In this document: in pieces, positions 1-10,119 of the stretch
Layout: each line of letters starts with the position of its first letter
How positions within the stretch are numbered: position 1 is the stretch's first letter
DNA from: a virus
Strand: one strand, 5' to 3'
DNA length: 64,000 nt
Virus record (IMG/VR): IMGVR_UViG_3300046804_003510
Coordinates: 5,505-69,504 of that record
Program-made: the position numbers and the translations under genes
Notes under the pieces: generated by a model
The model's database searches: none
What the model saw: the letters and a program-made list of their open reading frames with translations, nothing else
What the model was told of the DNA's origin: nothing

Positions 1-1
1 A

Positions 2-3000
2 AATGGAATAGAATTAAAAAATTACAAATCTTTTGATAAAATCTATTATGGTCCAATAGAATCTGTAACAGTTTTAAACTCTGGATATGATTATAATTTA
101 CTTAATCCTCCCCAGTTTGAGATTGAAGGAACTACATACTCAGATACTGAGATTATTCCTCAACTAAAAGGAAGTTTAGTAAATATTGTTGTAACTGACC
201 CTGGATTTGATTATGTAGAAACTCCAACTGTAAGAATTTTGGGAGGAAATAATACCAGTGTTGTGACAGAAGTAAAAATGAAAAATGTAACTAATGAAGT
301 TGCATTTAATGCTACTACATTAAGCACTGTAGTAGATACTGTTAATGATAAGTTAAAATTTGGAACTCCACATAGATTTGTAGTTGGAGAGCCAATCATT
401 TATAAAACTTTTGGTACTACTCCAATTGGAATAGGAACAGCACCTTCAGATGGATTTCTTTCTGATGGTTCTGTTTATTATGCTGCTAATATTGGAGCAG
501 GAACATCAATTTCTCTTGCTTTTACAAAACAAGATGCTTTAAATAATCAAAACTTAATTAATTTAAGAACTTATGGAGGAGGATTTCAAAGATTCGTTTC
601 TACATTAAAGAAAAAGGGAATAGATGAGATTAATATTATTCAAAATGAAGGAGAATTTGAATATAAAAAAGTTTCATTTATTTCAGAAGATGTTGATACT
701 CAAGATAATATAATTACTATTGAGAATCATGGATTTTTGACAGGAGATGAAGTTGCATATACTTGGGAACCAATTTCAGGATTTAATGGGCAATCTATTG
801 GAGGATTGTCTGAAAACGTTTATTATTATGTGGTAAAACTTGATGATGATAGATTAAAACTCTCAAGCACAAAAGATGAAGTTAACTATGTAGATTTAAC
901 ATCTACAGAAGATTACAGCATATATTTTCTACAATATTCTCCCATTAGAGTTGAAATTTCTGGTTCTACTTCAGTTAATGGTCTTTCTCAACTTGGTTAT
1001 AGTGCAGAAATTTCTTTTGCAGTTAAAGGAAAAGTAATTGGAGCAAGAATAAAAAGAACTCCTTCTATTAGAACAGATAAATTTGGGAACTTAAGTATTT
1101 TAAATTATGAAAAGTATCCTAAAGTTAATGTAATAAAAGGGTCTGGAGCATCTTTTGCTACTTTAGTTGAAGATGGGCAAATTAAAGATGTAATTATAAA
1201 GTCTTCTGGAAGTGGATATTTTAATACAATTGAACTGTCAGTAAATGGTATTGGGTTTGGGGCACAACTTAAACCAGTAATCTCAAATGGACAAATTATT
1301 GATGTAGATATAGTTAGTGCTGGAGTTGGATATGCTTCAACTAATACTACAATCAGTATTCAATCTATTGGTAACGATGTTAAATTAAAAGCAAATTTGA
1401 CATCCTTAACAATTAATGATGTTGAAAAATATGGAACTTCTGATATAGAAGATGGATCTACTTTTGGGAAAAACTATGCTTTTATTGGAAATACTTATGG
1501 TGTTTACTTCTTAAATCAAAAACTAAAACAATATTTAAATATCTCATCAACTCCAACTTCCCATTCTCCAATTGTTGGTTGGGCTTATGATGGATGTCCA
1601 ATTTATGGCCCATTTGCTTATCAAAATATTGATGGGTCTGGTGGAATTGTTAGAATGAGAAGTGGATATACTTATCAAAGCACTATTCCAAGTAATTATA
1701 AATTTGTAGAAGATTACATTTTTACAAATACAGGAACATTGGACAAATATAATGGAAGATTTTGTGTAACTCCAGAATATCCAAATGGAGTTTATGCTTA
1801 CTTCTGCACTTTAGATAATAATAATGTCCCAGAATATCCATATGTAATAGGACCAAATTATAATTTTATTCCAGAAGAAGAAAATTTTGATTTAAGAAAT
1901 ACTCAAAATTTAAACTTTAATAATTTGAATATTGTAAAATGGACAGTCCCATATAGAGTTGAAGATACTAAATCAAAATATGAGTATTTTGAATTTTTTA
2001 GAAGTCCAAACAAAAAGGACATTTTAATTGAACAAACATCAACTGGATTTGTAGATAGTATAAAAGTCATAGATGGTGGATCAAATTATCAAATAAATGA
2101 TAGTCTTGTTTTTGATAATGAATATACTTCTGGATTTGGTGCAATAGCAAAAGTTTCTGAAATTTCTGGAGTAGCAGTTACTTCAATATTGTCACAAAGC
2201 AGATCTTTATCTAATGTGACTTTTGTTTGTGATGGAAATATAGTTACTGGAATTGCATCAACATATCATTCTTTAGAAAATGGGTCATATGTTAATATAT
2301 CAGGAATATCAACCAGTTCTTTTGAAACTATAGAAGGATTTAGAAAAGTTGATGTATCAGATGTTCAGACAACTTTGTCTGCAAATGTTGGCCCATCAAC
2401 AATCACTGGAATTGTTACATCAATCCAAGTCAACTCTTCTTTAACTTTATTTGATATTGATTCTCAAATTAAAGTTGATAATGAAATAATGAAAGTTATT
2501 GGAAAAGATTACAAAAATAATCTTTTGGGTGTATTAAGACCTGCTTCAGCACCTTTACATGGTTCTTCTACTATTGTAAATCTTTTACCAAATAAATTTA
2601 CTTTAGATTCTTTAAGCATCAATTCATCTTTTTCTGAAGTCAATCAATATTATTACTTCAATTCTCAAGAATCTGTTAGTATTGGAACATCATCTGGACC
2701 AGGAATTGGAAATACTTTGACCATCAATCCTTTAGGATATGGATTACCTTTTGTAAAATATGTTCCAACTGGGGGAATTTATTTACCAAATCATCATTTC
2801 AATACAGGTGATAAAATTTTATATTCTACAGGAACTTCTACTATTGTATCAAATTTTGGAAATTTAAATACTTTATCTGAATTGTATGTAATAAAAATTG
2901 ATTCTGATGTAATTGGAATTGTCACAACTAAATCTCACATTTCAAATCAAGAAGCAATTTTAAAGTATACCTCAGCAGGATCTGGAAATCTTCATAAGTT

Positions 3001-6000
3001 TAGTACAGATAAAAATATTGTTTCTGGGGATATTGTAAACAATTCTTGTGTAGTATCTACTGCATCTACTCATGGGTTATCTGTTGGTGATACAATTAAA
3101 CTTAATGTTATTTCAGGTGTATCTACATCTTATGTTGTTGGATACTCTACATCTACAAATAGACTTTTAATCAACGGAAGTGTTAATCCAAAGATTGATG
3201 TGTTTTATAATGATATTGTAACCTTTGATTTGTCTTCTGGATCTTTGTCTGGAAAAGACTTTAATCTGCACTCAGATAAAAACTTTTTAAATCCTTATTT
3301 TGGTACTGTAGATAGCGGGGTAGAAGTAGAAAAAACATCTACTCAATTAGTTTTAACCATTACTGAACATACACCAAATCTTTATTATTACTTGTCAGAC
3401 TCAAATGTTGATGAGTCTGTTGTAGAATATAATCAATTAAATATCAATCAAAGTAGATATAATACAGAATCAGTTATTAATTCAGTTGCAAGTAAAAATT
3501 TCACTATTAATTTAAATAATACACCAGAAAGACTTACTTATAATAATTCTTCGGATTTGTCTTATTCAGTTTTAAGTGGTGATTCTTCTGGTCCAATTTC
3601 AAAAGTTGAAATAGTTTCAGGAGGAAATAGTTACAAAAAACTTCCTAAAATATCTTCTGTAACAAGTGATAATGGTTTTGGGTGTAATTTGATAACCAAC
3701 AGTGAATCTATTGGAAAAATTCAAAAAACAAAAGTAGTTAATACACAATTTATTTGTCCTTCAGATGCAACATTAAAACCAACATCAAAAGTATTTTCAG
3801 CAATCAAATTGACTGATAATTATACAGTAAAATCTTTAAGTATTGTCTCTGGAGGAAAAAATTATATAAATGCCCCAAGCATAAATTTATATAATAGAAA
3901 AGAAAATGAATTAATTTCAAATTTTTCTGCTACCTCTACTTTAAAAAATTCTTCTATAAATGAAATTGTTATCACCAATCCAGGTTCTGGATTAAGGTCT
4001 GGTGATAGTGAATTATTATTTACAGGTAACACCAACGGATTTAAAATTTTAAATGTTTCTGTAGTAGGAAGTTCTCCATATACAGTAACTTTAACTTTAA
4101 AAACACCTTCATCTGGGTTTACTACATCAAATCCATTGCCAGTTTCTGTTGGAGATGAAGTTTTTATAGAAGGAATTTCTGCTTCTGGGAATGGATTTAA
4201 CTCCAGTGACTATAACTATGAAACATTTACAGTAACTTCTGTAGACCCAGCTTACAACTCTCAAGATGCTGCTACAATTGAGTATGAGTTAAATTCTAAT
4301 CCAGGTTCTTATAACAGTTCTTTAAGTTATAATGCTTATGTTACTCCTTCTTCATATTTGCCAGAAGTTAATGTAACTTTAACTCAAAATCAATTTTTTA
4401 ATAATGAAAATGTAGACAGCACTGAAATTATTGATAATACAAATAATAATCCCATAACAAATGTACTGAAAGTTAAAAACTCTAAAAATATTTCTGTTGA
4501 TGATTTATTGATAGGAAAATCATCATCATCTAAAGGAACAGTTTCTGAAATTACTACCTTTAATTCAACCTTTGGAGTAAATTCTAGTGTTTCTGAAACT
4601 CTTGGGGGAAAAGAAAATAGAGGATATCTTTCATCAAATGTACAAAAACTTCCTGATAATAATTATTACCAAAAGTTTTCATATTCTCTGAAGAGTAAAA
4701 AATCCTTTGAGGATTGGAATTCTTCTGTTTCTGATACATCTCATATTGCAGGATATAAAAAGTTTAGTGATTTGTCTGTAGAATCAGTTGGAATTGGGAC
4801 AACCCAATCAATTAAAACTGATTCGTCATCATTATTAAATGTAGTGTTGAACTCTTATGGAAATGTAAATTCTATTGTAAATTATGATTTAGTCAATGAA
4901 ATTGATCTAGAAGATAATAGTAATTTGTATACAGAGTACTTAAGATTTGGTAGATTAAGATTTGGTCAAAGTTTATATTCTACAGACAATAGGGTTCTTT
5001 CTATTGATGATATTTCAAATCTTTTTAATACTGAACCAATATCACCAACAATTATTATAGATTCCAATTTAATTTCAGATTCTACAGTTTTAAAATATCA
5101 ATTTTACTTGACTTCTTCAAGTTCTTTCTTAGGAGAATTAATATATCCAGAAATTTTTGAATTGTTGGTCACAAATAATGAAACTATTAACCTGACTTCA
5201 TATTCTTATTATTTTGACTTTGTAAATGCTTATCAGAATTCTTTTGTTGGATACTTTACTGCCAATACTAATCCATTGAATTCTAATGAAATTATCTTAA
5301 AATTTACACCAAGTAATCCATTTAATACAATCGACATTAGATCCATAAGAGAAAGTTCTAGAGGTTCTGTTGGAATTGCAACAACTTCATTTGGATATGT
5401 TAAGAATGTAGAAGTTAATCATTCTTATTCTGGAATTGGATCAACAGTATTTTATTCAATTTCCACAACAAATTGCAAATCTGGGACTGTTCTAGTTGGT
5501 CTTTCATCAATTACAAATAAAATAGAAAAATCTCTAGAATTATCTTTTGTAAAAACCGAAAATGATATTTTTGTAAGTCAATATGCAGAAAATCAATTAG
5601 TAGATTTAGGAAGTATTAATGTAAATATTAATGGTTCCAACTTAGAATTTACTTACACAGGAATTTCTGGTATAGGAGCTACTGTTCAAGCAAACCTAAA
5701 ATTAATTACTAATTCTTATGCTGGATATGATAGTGTAACTAATAGTATTTCTAAATTTGCAAGCAATCAAACTATATCCAACTCATCTTCAATAGGAATT
5801 TCTACAGTCTCTGGAATATATGGATATACAAAATATATCATAGAAATAGAGCAAACTGTTGGAGTAACTACTCAAAGAGGAGTTGTTCAAATCAATTCTC
5901 TCCACTCTGGAGATTACTTAAATAATATTGTATATGATCCAAATGGAGATATTGATTTAAATGATTTTAATTTTGAAACTCAATATGATATTGGAGGAAA

Positions 6001-6088
6001 TAATTATACTTTATACTTTAATCCAATAACTTCAGCTAATTATAAAATTACCACTTATGAATCAAGTTTATTATCTCCAGACCAATAA
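2..6088 (+). CDS. gp7: Baseplate wedge initiator gp7-like giant structural protein (5' truncated by window edge), YHYH-like domain
   Basis: Frame is open from base 2 (NGIELKNYKSFDKIYYG...) through the 1949-aa ORF; HSPIVGWAYDGCPIYGP...GTLDKYNGRFCVTPEYPNGVYAYF motif; repeated GxGY beta motifs; upstream of gp8. Confidence 0.75.
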   Translation, partial: NGIELKNYKSFDKIYYGPIESVTVLNSGYDYNLLNPPQFEIEGTTYSDTEIIPQLKGSLVNIVVTDPGFDYVETPTVRILGGNNTSVVTEVKMKNVTNEVAFNATTLSTVVDTVNDKLKFGTPHRFVVGEPIIYKTFGTTPIGIGTAPSDGFLSDGSVYYAANIGAGTSISLAFTKQDALNNQNLINLRTYGGGFQRFVSTLKKKGIDEINIIQNEGEFEYKKVSFISEDVDTQDNIITIENHGFLTGDEVAYTWEPISGFNGQSIGGLSENVYYYVVKLDDDRLKLSSTKDEVNYVDLTSTEDYSIYFLQYSPIRVEISGSTSVNGLSQLGYSAEISFAVKGKVIGARIKRTPSIRTDKFGNLSILNYEKYPKVNVIKGSGASFATLVEDGQIKDVIIKSSGSGYFNTIELSVNGIGFGAQLKPVISNGQIIDVDIVSAGVGYASTNTTISIQSIGNDVKLKANLTSLTINDVEKYGTSDIEDGSTFGKNYAFIGNTYGVYFLNQKLKQYLNISSTPTSHSPIVGWAYDGCPIYGPFAYQNIDGSGGIVRMRSGYTYQSTIPSNYKFVEDYIFTNTGTLDKYNGRFCVTPEYPNGVYAYFCTLDNNNVPEYPYVIGPNYNFIPEEENFDLRNTQNLNFNNLNIVKWTVPYRVEDTKSKYEYFEFFRSPNKKDILIEQTSTGFVDSIKVIDGGSNYQINDSLVFDNEYTSGFGAIAKVSEISGVAVTSILSQSRSLSNVTFVCDGNIVTGIASTYHSLENGSYVNISGISTSSFETIEGFRKVDVSDVQTTLSANVGPSTITGIVTSIQVNSSLTLFDIDSQIKVDNEIMKVIGKDYKNNLLGVLRPASAPLHGSSTIVNLLPNKFTLDSLSINSSFSEVNQYYYFNSQESVSIGTSSGPGIGNTLTINPLGYGLPFVKYVPTGGIYLPNHHFNTGDKILYSTGTSTIVSNFGNLNTLSELYVIKIDSDVIGIVTTKSHISNQEAILKYTSAGSGNLHKFSTDKNIVSGDIVNNSCVVSTASTHGLSVGDTIKLNVISGVSTSYVVGYSTSTNRLLINGSVNPKIDVFYNDIVTFDLSSGSLSGKDFNLHSDKNFLNPYFGTVDSGVEVEKTSTQLVLTITEHTPNLYYYLSDSNVDESVVEYNQLNINQSRYNTESVINSVASKNFTINLNNTPERLTYNNSSDLSYSVLSGDSSGPISKVEIVSGGNSYKKLPKISSVTSDNGFGCNLITNSESIGKIQKTKVVNTQFICPSDATLKPTSKVFSAIKLTDNYTVKSLSIVSGGKNYINAPSINLYNRKENELISNFSATSTLKNSSINEIVITNPGSGLRSGDSELLFTGNTNGFKILNVSVVGSSPYTVTLTLKTPSSGFTTSNPLPVSVGDEVFIEGISASGNGFNSSDYNYETFTVTSVDPAYNSQDAATIEYELNSNPGSYNSSLSYNAYVTPSSYLPEVNVTLTQNQFFNNENVDSTEIIDNTNNNPITNVLKVKNSKNISVDDLLIGKSSSSKGTVSEITTFNSTFGVNSSVSETLGGKENRGYLSSNVQKLPDNNYYQKFSYSLKSKKSFEDWNSSVSDTSHIAGYKKFSDLSVESVGIGTTQSIKTDSSSLLNVVLNSYGNVNSIVNYDLVNEIDLEDNSNLYTEYLRFGRLRFGQSLYSTDNRVLSIDDISNLFNTEPISPTIIIDSNLISDSTVLKYQFYLTSSSSFLGELIYPEIFELLVTNNETINLTSYSYYFDFVNAYQNSFVGYFTANTNPLNSNEIILKFTPSNPFNTIDIRSIRESSRGSVGIATTSFGYVKNVEVNHSYSGIGSTVFYSISTTNCKSGTVLVGLSSITNKIEKSLELSFVKTENDIFVSQYAENQLVDLGSINVNINGSNLEFTYTGISGIGATVQANLKLITNSYAGYDSVTNSISKFASNQTISNSSSIGISTVSGIYGYTKYIIEIEQTVGVTTQRGVVQINSLHSGDYLNNIVYDPNGDIDLNDFNFETQYDIGGNNYTLYFNPITSANYKITTYESSLLSPDQ

Positions 6089-6103
6089 TAGAAATTTCTA
6101 ACA

Positions 6104-8527
6104 ATGCCTAGTAACGATATATTTACAGTATATACTCCCTCCATTTTTGGAAGAACTTCTTTTCCATTGAGGCACAAAAACGAAGCAATTTTTTATAAAA
6201 CTTTTAATTCAGAAGATTCTGATGTTGTTAATTTAGTTACTGATATCATTAATATCCCAAATCATTTCTTCAAAACTGGAGAACCATTAAAATATACTAT
6301 TGATTCTGGAGAAACCAAACTTGGAATATCAACTTTAAGTCCAGGGGCTCTTGGTATTACAACACAATTGCCTGGTGTAGTGTATCCAATTGTTGTGGAT
6401 AAAGATAATATCAGAATATCTTTAGCCTCTACCTATGCTCAAAATAATGAGTATGTGGACATAACATCACTAGGAATTGGTACTCATTCATTTGAAGCAT
6501 ATAAGCAAAACACAAAATGTTTAATTACAATTAATAATATTATTCAATCTCCAATTTCTACTGGATCTACTGTTGAAGTTTTAGATTATACTCAATCAAG
6601 TTTAACACTTAATGATTTAAATAATGTAAAAGTAGGAAAATGTTTAAAAATAAATGGAGAAATAGTTAGGGTTTCTTCTATTAATTATAATACAGACACT
6701 GTAAATATTTCTAGAGGTTCAAGTGTTTTAGGAACAGAACTAACCCCATTTTCAAGTTCAATTATAGGAAGTGTCATAGAAGTTTTATCTGGCAATTACA
6801 ATATCATCAAAGATGTAATTTATTTTGACGAACCTCCTTTGGAAGGCAAAAAAGCAAAATATAAAATTTCAACTTCTGATATTAACTATGCAAATTATAG
6901 TTTTAATTTATTAACAGATTTATTAAAAAAAGGGTCTCAAGTTCTTTTATTGTGGACAAACCCTCCAATAGAAATTCCAACACAAAAATTTTATTATATT
7001 ATTGAAAATAGTCCAAATAATTTTAGTTTAGCAGAAACTCTTTCTGATGCAATCAACGGAACTAAAGTTATCTTTAGTAATGTATCTGCAAATGAATTTC
7101 CAATTAGTGATTTTGAAATTGTATATTTTTATCCTAGCGAGGAAAATGCTTTTAATGGAAGAGTTTTCTTAAGATCTAATTATGATGGAAACACAGTTTT
7201 TGATGATGTTTCTGAGCAATTTACTGGAATTACAAGTTCTTTTGAATTAACTACTTCAGGAATCAGTACTGTAGGAATAAAAAGTGATAATGGAATTTTA
7301 TTAATTAATAATATTTTTCAATATCCAGAGTCTGATGAAGCATTTTCTTTTGTAGAATCTGGAGGAGGAACTTTTGTAAATTTTGTAGGATTTGGAACTA
7401 CTGGGTTTACTGGAAAAACCTATGATGTAAATGTGAAAGGATATCCTAGGGGAGGAATTATTGTTTCTTATGGAACTACTTCTGGATCATACTATCAACC
7501 ATTAACTGCATACAGTGACCTTCCTTTATCAGGTTCAACATCTGGAATAGGAGCTTCAGTTTCATTTGATACTGACCAATATGGAAATATTGCTAATTTT
7601 AGATTTACAAACAGAGGATATAATTATAAAGTTGGAGAAATTTTAGTTCCTTTAAACACAACTGGTATTGGAACTCAAGTAAATGACGATAAAATTCACA
7701 TTACTATAGATGAGGTAACTAAAGACTCCTTTAATGCTTGGAATATTGGAATTTTATATAAATTAGATGATTTGAGTAGTAAAACTAATGGAGTGAGAAA
7801 AACATTTAGTTTAACTAAAAATGGACAAAGACTTAGCTTTGATGCTGAAACTCAATATGAAATAGAACTTCAATATAATCTTTTAGTGTTTATAAATGAT
7901 GTTTTACAAACACCCAATACTTCTTATGTTTTTAATGGTGGTTCTATTATAACATTTACTGAACCAATCCCAGAAGGGAGTAATGTTAAAATTTATTTTT
8001 ACAAAGGATATTCTGATGATACTTCATTATCTTCTGTAGTTCCAAAATTAAAAGAGGGAGACATTCTTCAATTACAACAAGACATTTATAGTCCACCCCC
8101 AGTAGAGCAAAAAGAAAGAATCATTAAAGAATTTACAAGTGCTGATGTATTAAGAACTAATGTATATTCTGATATTGGCATTTCTGATGATTCTTCTCAA
8201 TTAAGGTCTATAACTTGGACCCCACAAAAAGCAGATTTAATTTTGGATGGAGAATTTTTAAGTAAATCAAGACCAGAGCAAAATTCTGGAATTACATCTT
8301 TTACAAAAGTTGCTTCTTATGTTGGTTCTTTCAGTGGGATTAATACAGATTTGATAGGAATTACAACTACTAGTCTTTTAATTGGTGATTATATTGAAGG
8401 TAATTATGTTGGAACTGGTGTCACAATTGTTTCCATAGGTTCAAGTATTGTTGGGGTCGGTTCTACAAGTTATATTTCTGCCCCTGGAGTAACTACATCA
8501 TTACTTTCATTATATAGAAAATCATAA
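6104..8527 (+). CDS. Baseplate/virion structural protein resembling the C-terminal part of cyanophage gp7
   Basis: 807 aa, beta-rich; LLVFINDVLQTP...GGSIITFTEP type repeats; lies between gp7 and gp8 in the same frame as gp7. Confidence 0.6.
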   Translation: MPSNDIFTVYTPSIFGRTSFPLRHKNEAIFYKTFNSEDSDVVNLVTDIINIPNHFFKTGEPLKYTIDSGETKLGISTLSPGALGITTQLPGVVYPIVVDKDNIRISLASTYAQNNEYVDITSLGIGTHSFEAYKQNTKCLITINNIIQSPISTGSTVEVLDYTQSSLTLNDLNNVKVGKCLKINGEIVRVSSINYNTDTVNISRGSSVLGTELTPFSSSIIGSVIEVLSGNYNIIKDVIYFDEPPLEGKKAKYKISTSDINYANYSFNLLTDLLKKGSQVLLLWTNPPIEIPTQKFYYIIENSPNNFSLAETLSDAINGTKVIFSNVSANEFPISDFEIVYFYPSEENAFNGRVFLRSNYDGNTVFDDVSEQFTGITSSFELTTSGISTVGIKSDNGILLINNIFQYPESDEAFSFVESGGGTFVNFVGFGTTGFTGKTYDVNVKGYPRGGIIVSYGTTSGSYYQPLTAYSDLPLSGSTSGIGASVSFDTDQYGNIANFRFTNRGYNYKVGEILVPLNTTGIGTQVNDDKIHITIDEVTKDSFNAWNIGILYKLDDLSSKTNGVRKTFSLTKNGQRLSFDAETQYEIELQYNLLVFINDVLQTPNTSYVFNGGSIITFTEPIPEGSNVKIYFYKGYSDDTSLSSVVPKLKEGDILQLQQDIYSPPPVEQKERIIKEFTSADVLRTNVYSDIGISDDSSQLRSITWTPQKADLILDGEFLSKSRPEQNSGITSFTKVASYVGSFSGINTDLIGITTTSLLIGDYIEGNYVGTGVTIVSIGSSIVGVGSTSYISAPGVTTSLLSLYRKS

Positions 8528-8533
8528 TAAATA
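8527..8533 (+). promoter_or_regulatory. T4-type late promoter
   Basis: ATAAATA about 20 nt upstream of the gp8 start. Confidence 0.55.
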
Positions 8534-8552
8534 AGATAAAATACTAATTCAA

Positions 8553-10115
8553 ATGGCTGTAGTAACCGATAAGTTAAGGATACTTAACTGTTCTAATTTT
8601 ATTGATGATGTTTCCAGTGGAGGTTATTATACTTTTATTGGTTTTCCAAACGCTACAACACTGTATCCAAACTGGGATTCTTCTAGACCAGACCCTACTG
8701 ACAATTATCTTTACTTAAATTCTTATAGAGACAATATTTTAGGTGTCAAAAAAATAACTTCTTCTGATGTAGTAAGAGTAATACCAAAAATTGTTTGGAC
8801 TAATGGAAAAAAATATGAAATGTATAGACACGATTATAGTGTTTATAATTTAACTCCAGTAACTGGTGCAACTAGGTTATATGATGCTTCCTATTATGTA
8901 ATGAATAGTGAGTATAAGGTTTATATTTGTATTAACAATAATTCTCTGCCATCAAACCAAAATCAAGGTTCAATTTCTACTCAAGAACCTTTGCATACTG
9001 ATTTAACACCTAGATTAGAGTCTGATGGGTATATGTGGAAATATCTTTATACTTTGTCCCCATCAGATGTTTTAAAATTTGATTCTACAAATTATATTAG
9101 TGTTCCAAATGATTGGGAAGGAACTGCAAATGAAGAAATATCAAGAATTAGGGATAATGCAGTGGATGGAAAAATTGAAACCATCATTATTGAAGATAAT
9201 ACTGCCACATATCCCCTTCCTAGTCAAACTTTAACTAATGTTCCCATTAAAGGTGATGGAACATCTACAGATGAAACAACTGATGCTATGGCTTCTGTTG
9301 TTTTTGATGAGAATGGAAAACCCGTTGAAGTTATTGTTACTGATGGTGGAAAAGGATACACTTTTGGAACTTTAGATTTAAATTCTATTTTATCTCCAAC
9401 AAGTGGAACTAAAGCAATTTTTAATGTAATTATTCCTCCTCCAGGAGGTCATGGAGCACACATTTATGATGAATTAGGAGCATTTAGAGCATTAGTCTAT
9501 AGTAGAATTGAAAATGATTCAACAAATCCAGATTTCATGGTGGGAAATCAATTTTCTAGAATTGGTATTGTAAAAAATGTAAAATCATTTGGAACTAATA
9601 ATTCTTTTTCAGATACTAGTGGATCAGGACTTCATGCTGTAAAATTAACTGGTGATGCTTCTGGAGAAACTCTTGATTCAACAATTACTCAAAGTAATAC
9701 TGGAGCAATAGGAAATTTAGTTAGTTTTGATACAACAACAAAAGTATTAACATATATTCAACCAAGAACTAATAATATTGATACTTATGTTGATGGTGGA
9801 GGAAATTATCAAATTGATTATCAATTTGGGAATAGTATTAGTGGATTGCAAACTGCTACTACATATGATTTAAATTCTTTTGATACTAGTTCTTTAGTGA
9901 TTAATGGAAATTCATATTCAGTAGACACTTCATTTTCTGGAATTAGTACAAGTGTTGGAGGAACTACTTATTATTTGGGACAAAGTTTTACTTCAGGACT
10001 TTCTTCGCCAGACATAAATACAAAGAGTGGTGATATTGTCTATGTTGATAATAGATCGTCAGTAACTAGATCATCACAACAAAGAGAAGATATTAAAATC
10101 ATTTTAGAATTCTAA
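8553..10115 (+). CDS. gp8: Baseplate wedge subunit gp8
   Basis: YVMNSEYKVYICINN, DGYMWKYLYT and C-terminal VYVDNR...QREDIKIILEF motifs typical of gp8. Confidence 0.85.
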   Translation: MAVVTDKLRILNCSNFIDDVSSGGYYTFIGFPNATTLYPNWDSSRPDPTDNYLYLNSYRDNILGVKKITSSDVVRVIPKIVWTNGKKYEMYRHDYSVYNLTPVTGATRLYDASYYVMNSEYKVYICINNNSLPSNQNQGSISTQEPLHTDLTPRLESDGYMWKYLYTLSPSDVLKFDSTNYISVPNDWEGTANEEISRIRDNAVDGKIETIIIEDNTATYPLPSQTLTNVPIKGDGTSTDETTDAMASVVFDENGKPVEVIVTDGGKGYTFGTLDLNSILSPTSGTKAIFNVIIPPPGGHGAHIYDELGAFRALVYSRIENDSTNPDFMVGNQFSRIGIVKNVKSFGTNNSFSDTSGSGLHAVKLTGDASGETLDSTITQSNTGAIGNLVSFDTTTKVLTYIQPRTNNIDTYVDGGGNYQIDYQFGNSISGLQTATTYDLNSFDTSSLVINGNSYSVDTSFSGISTSVGGTTYYLGQSFTSGLSSPDINTKSGDIVYVDNRSSVTRSSQQREDIKIILEF

Positions 10116-10119
10116 AAAA

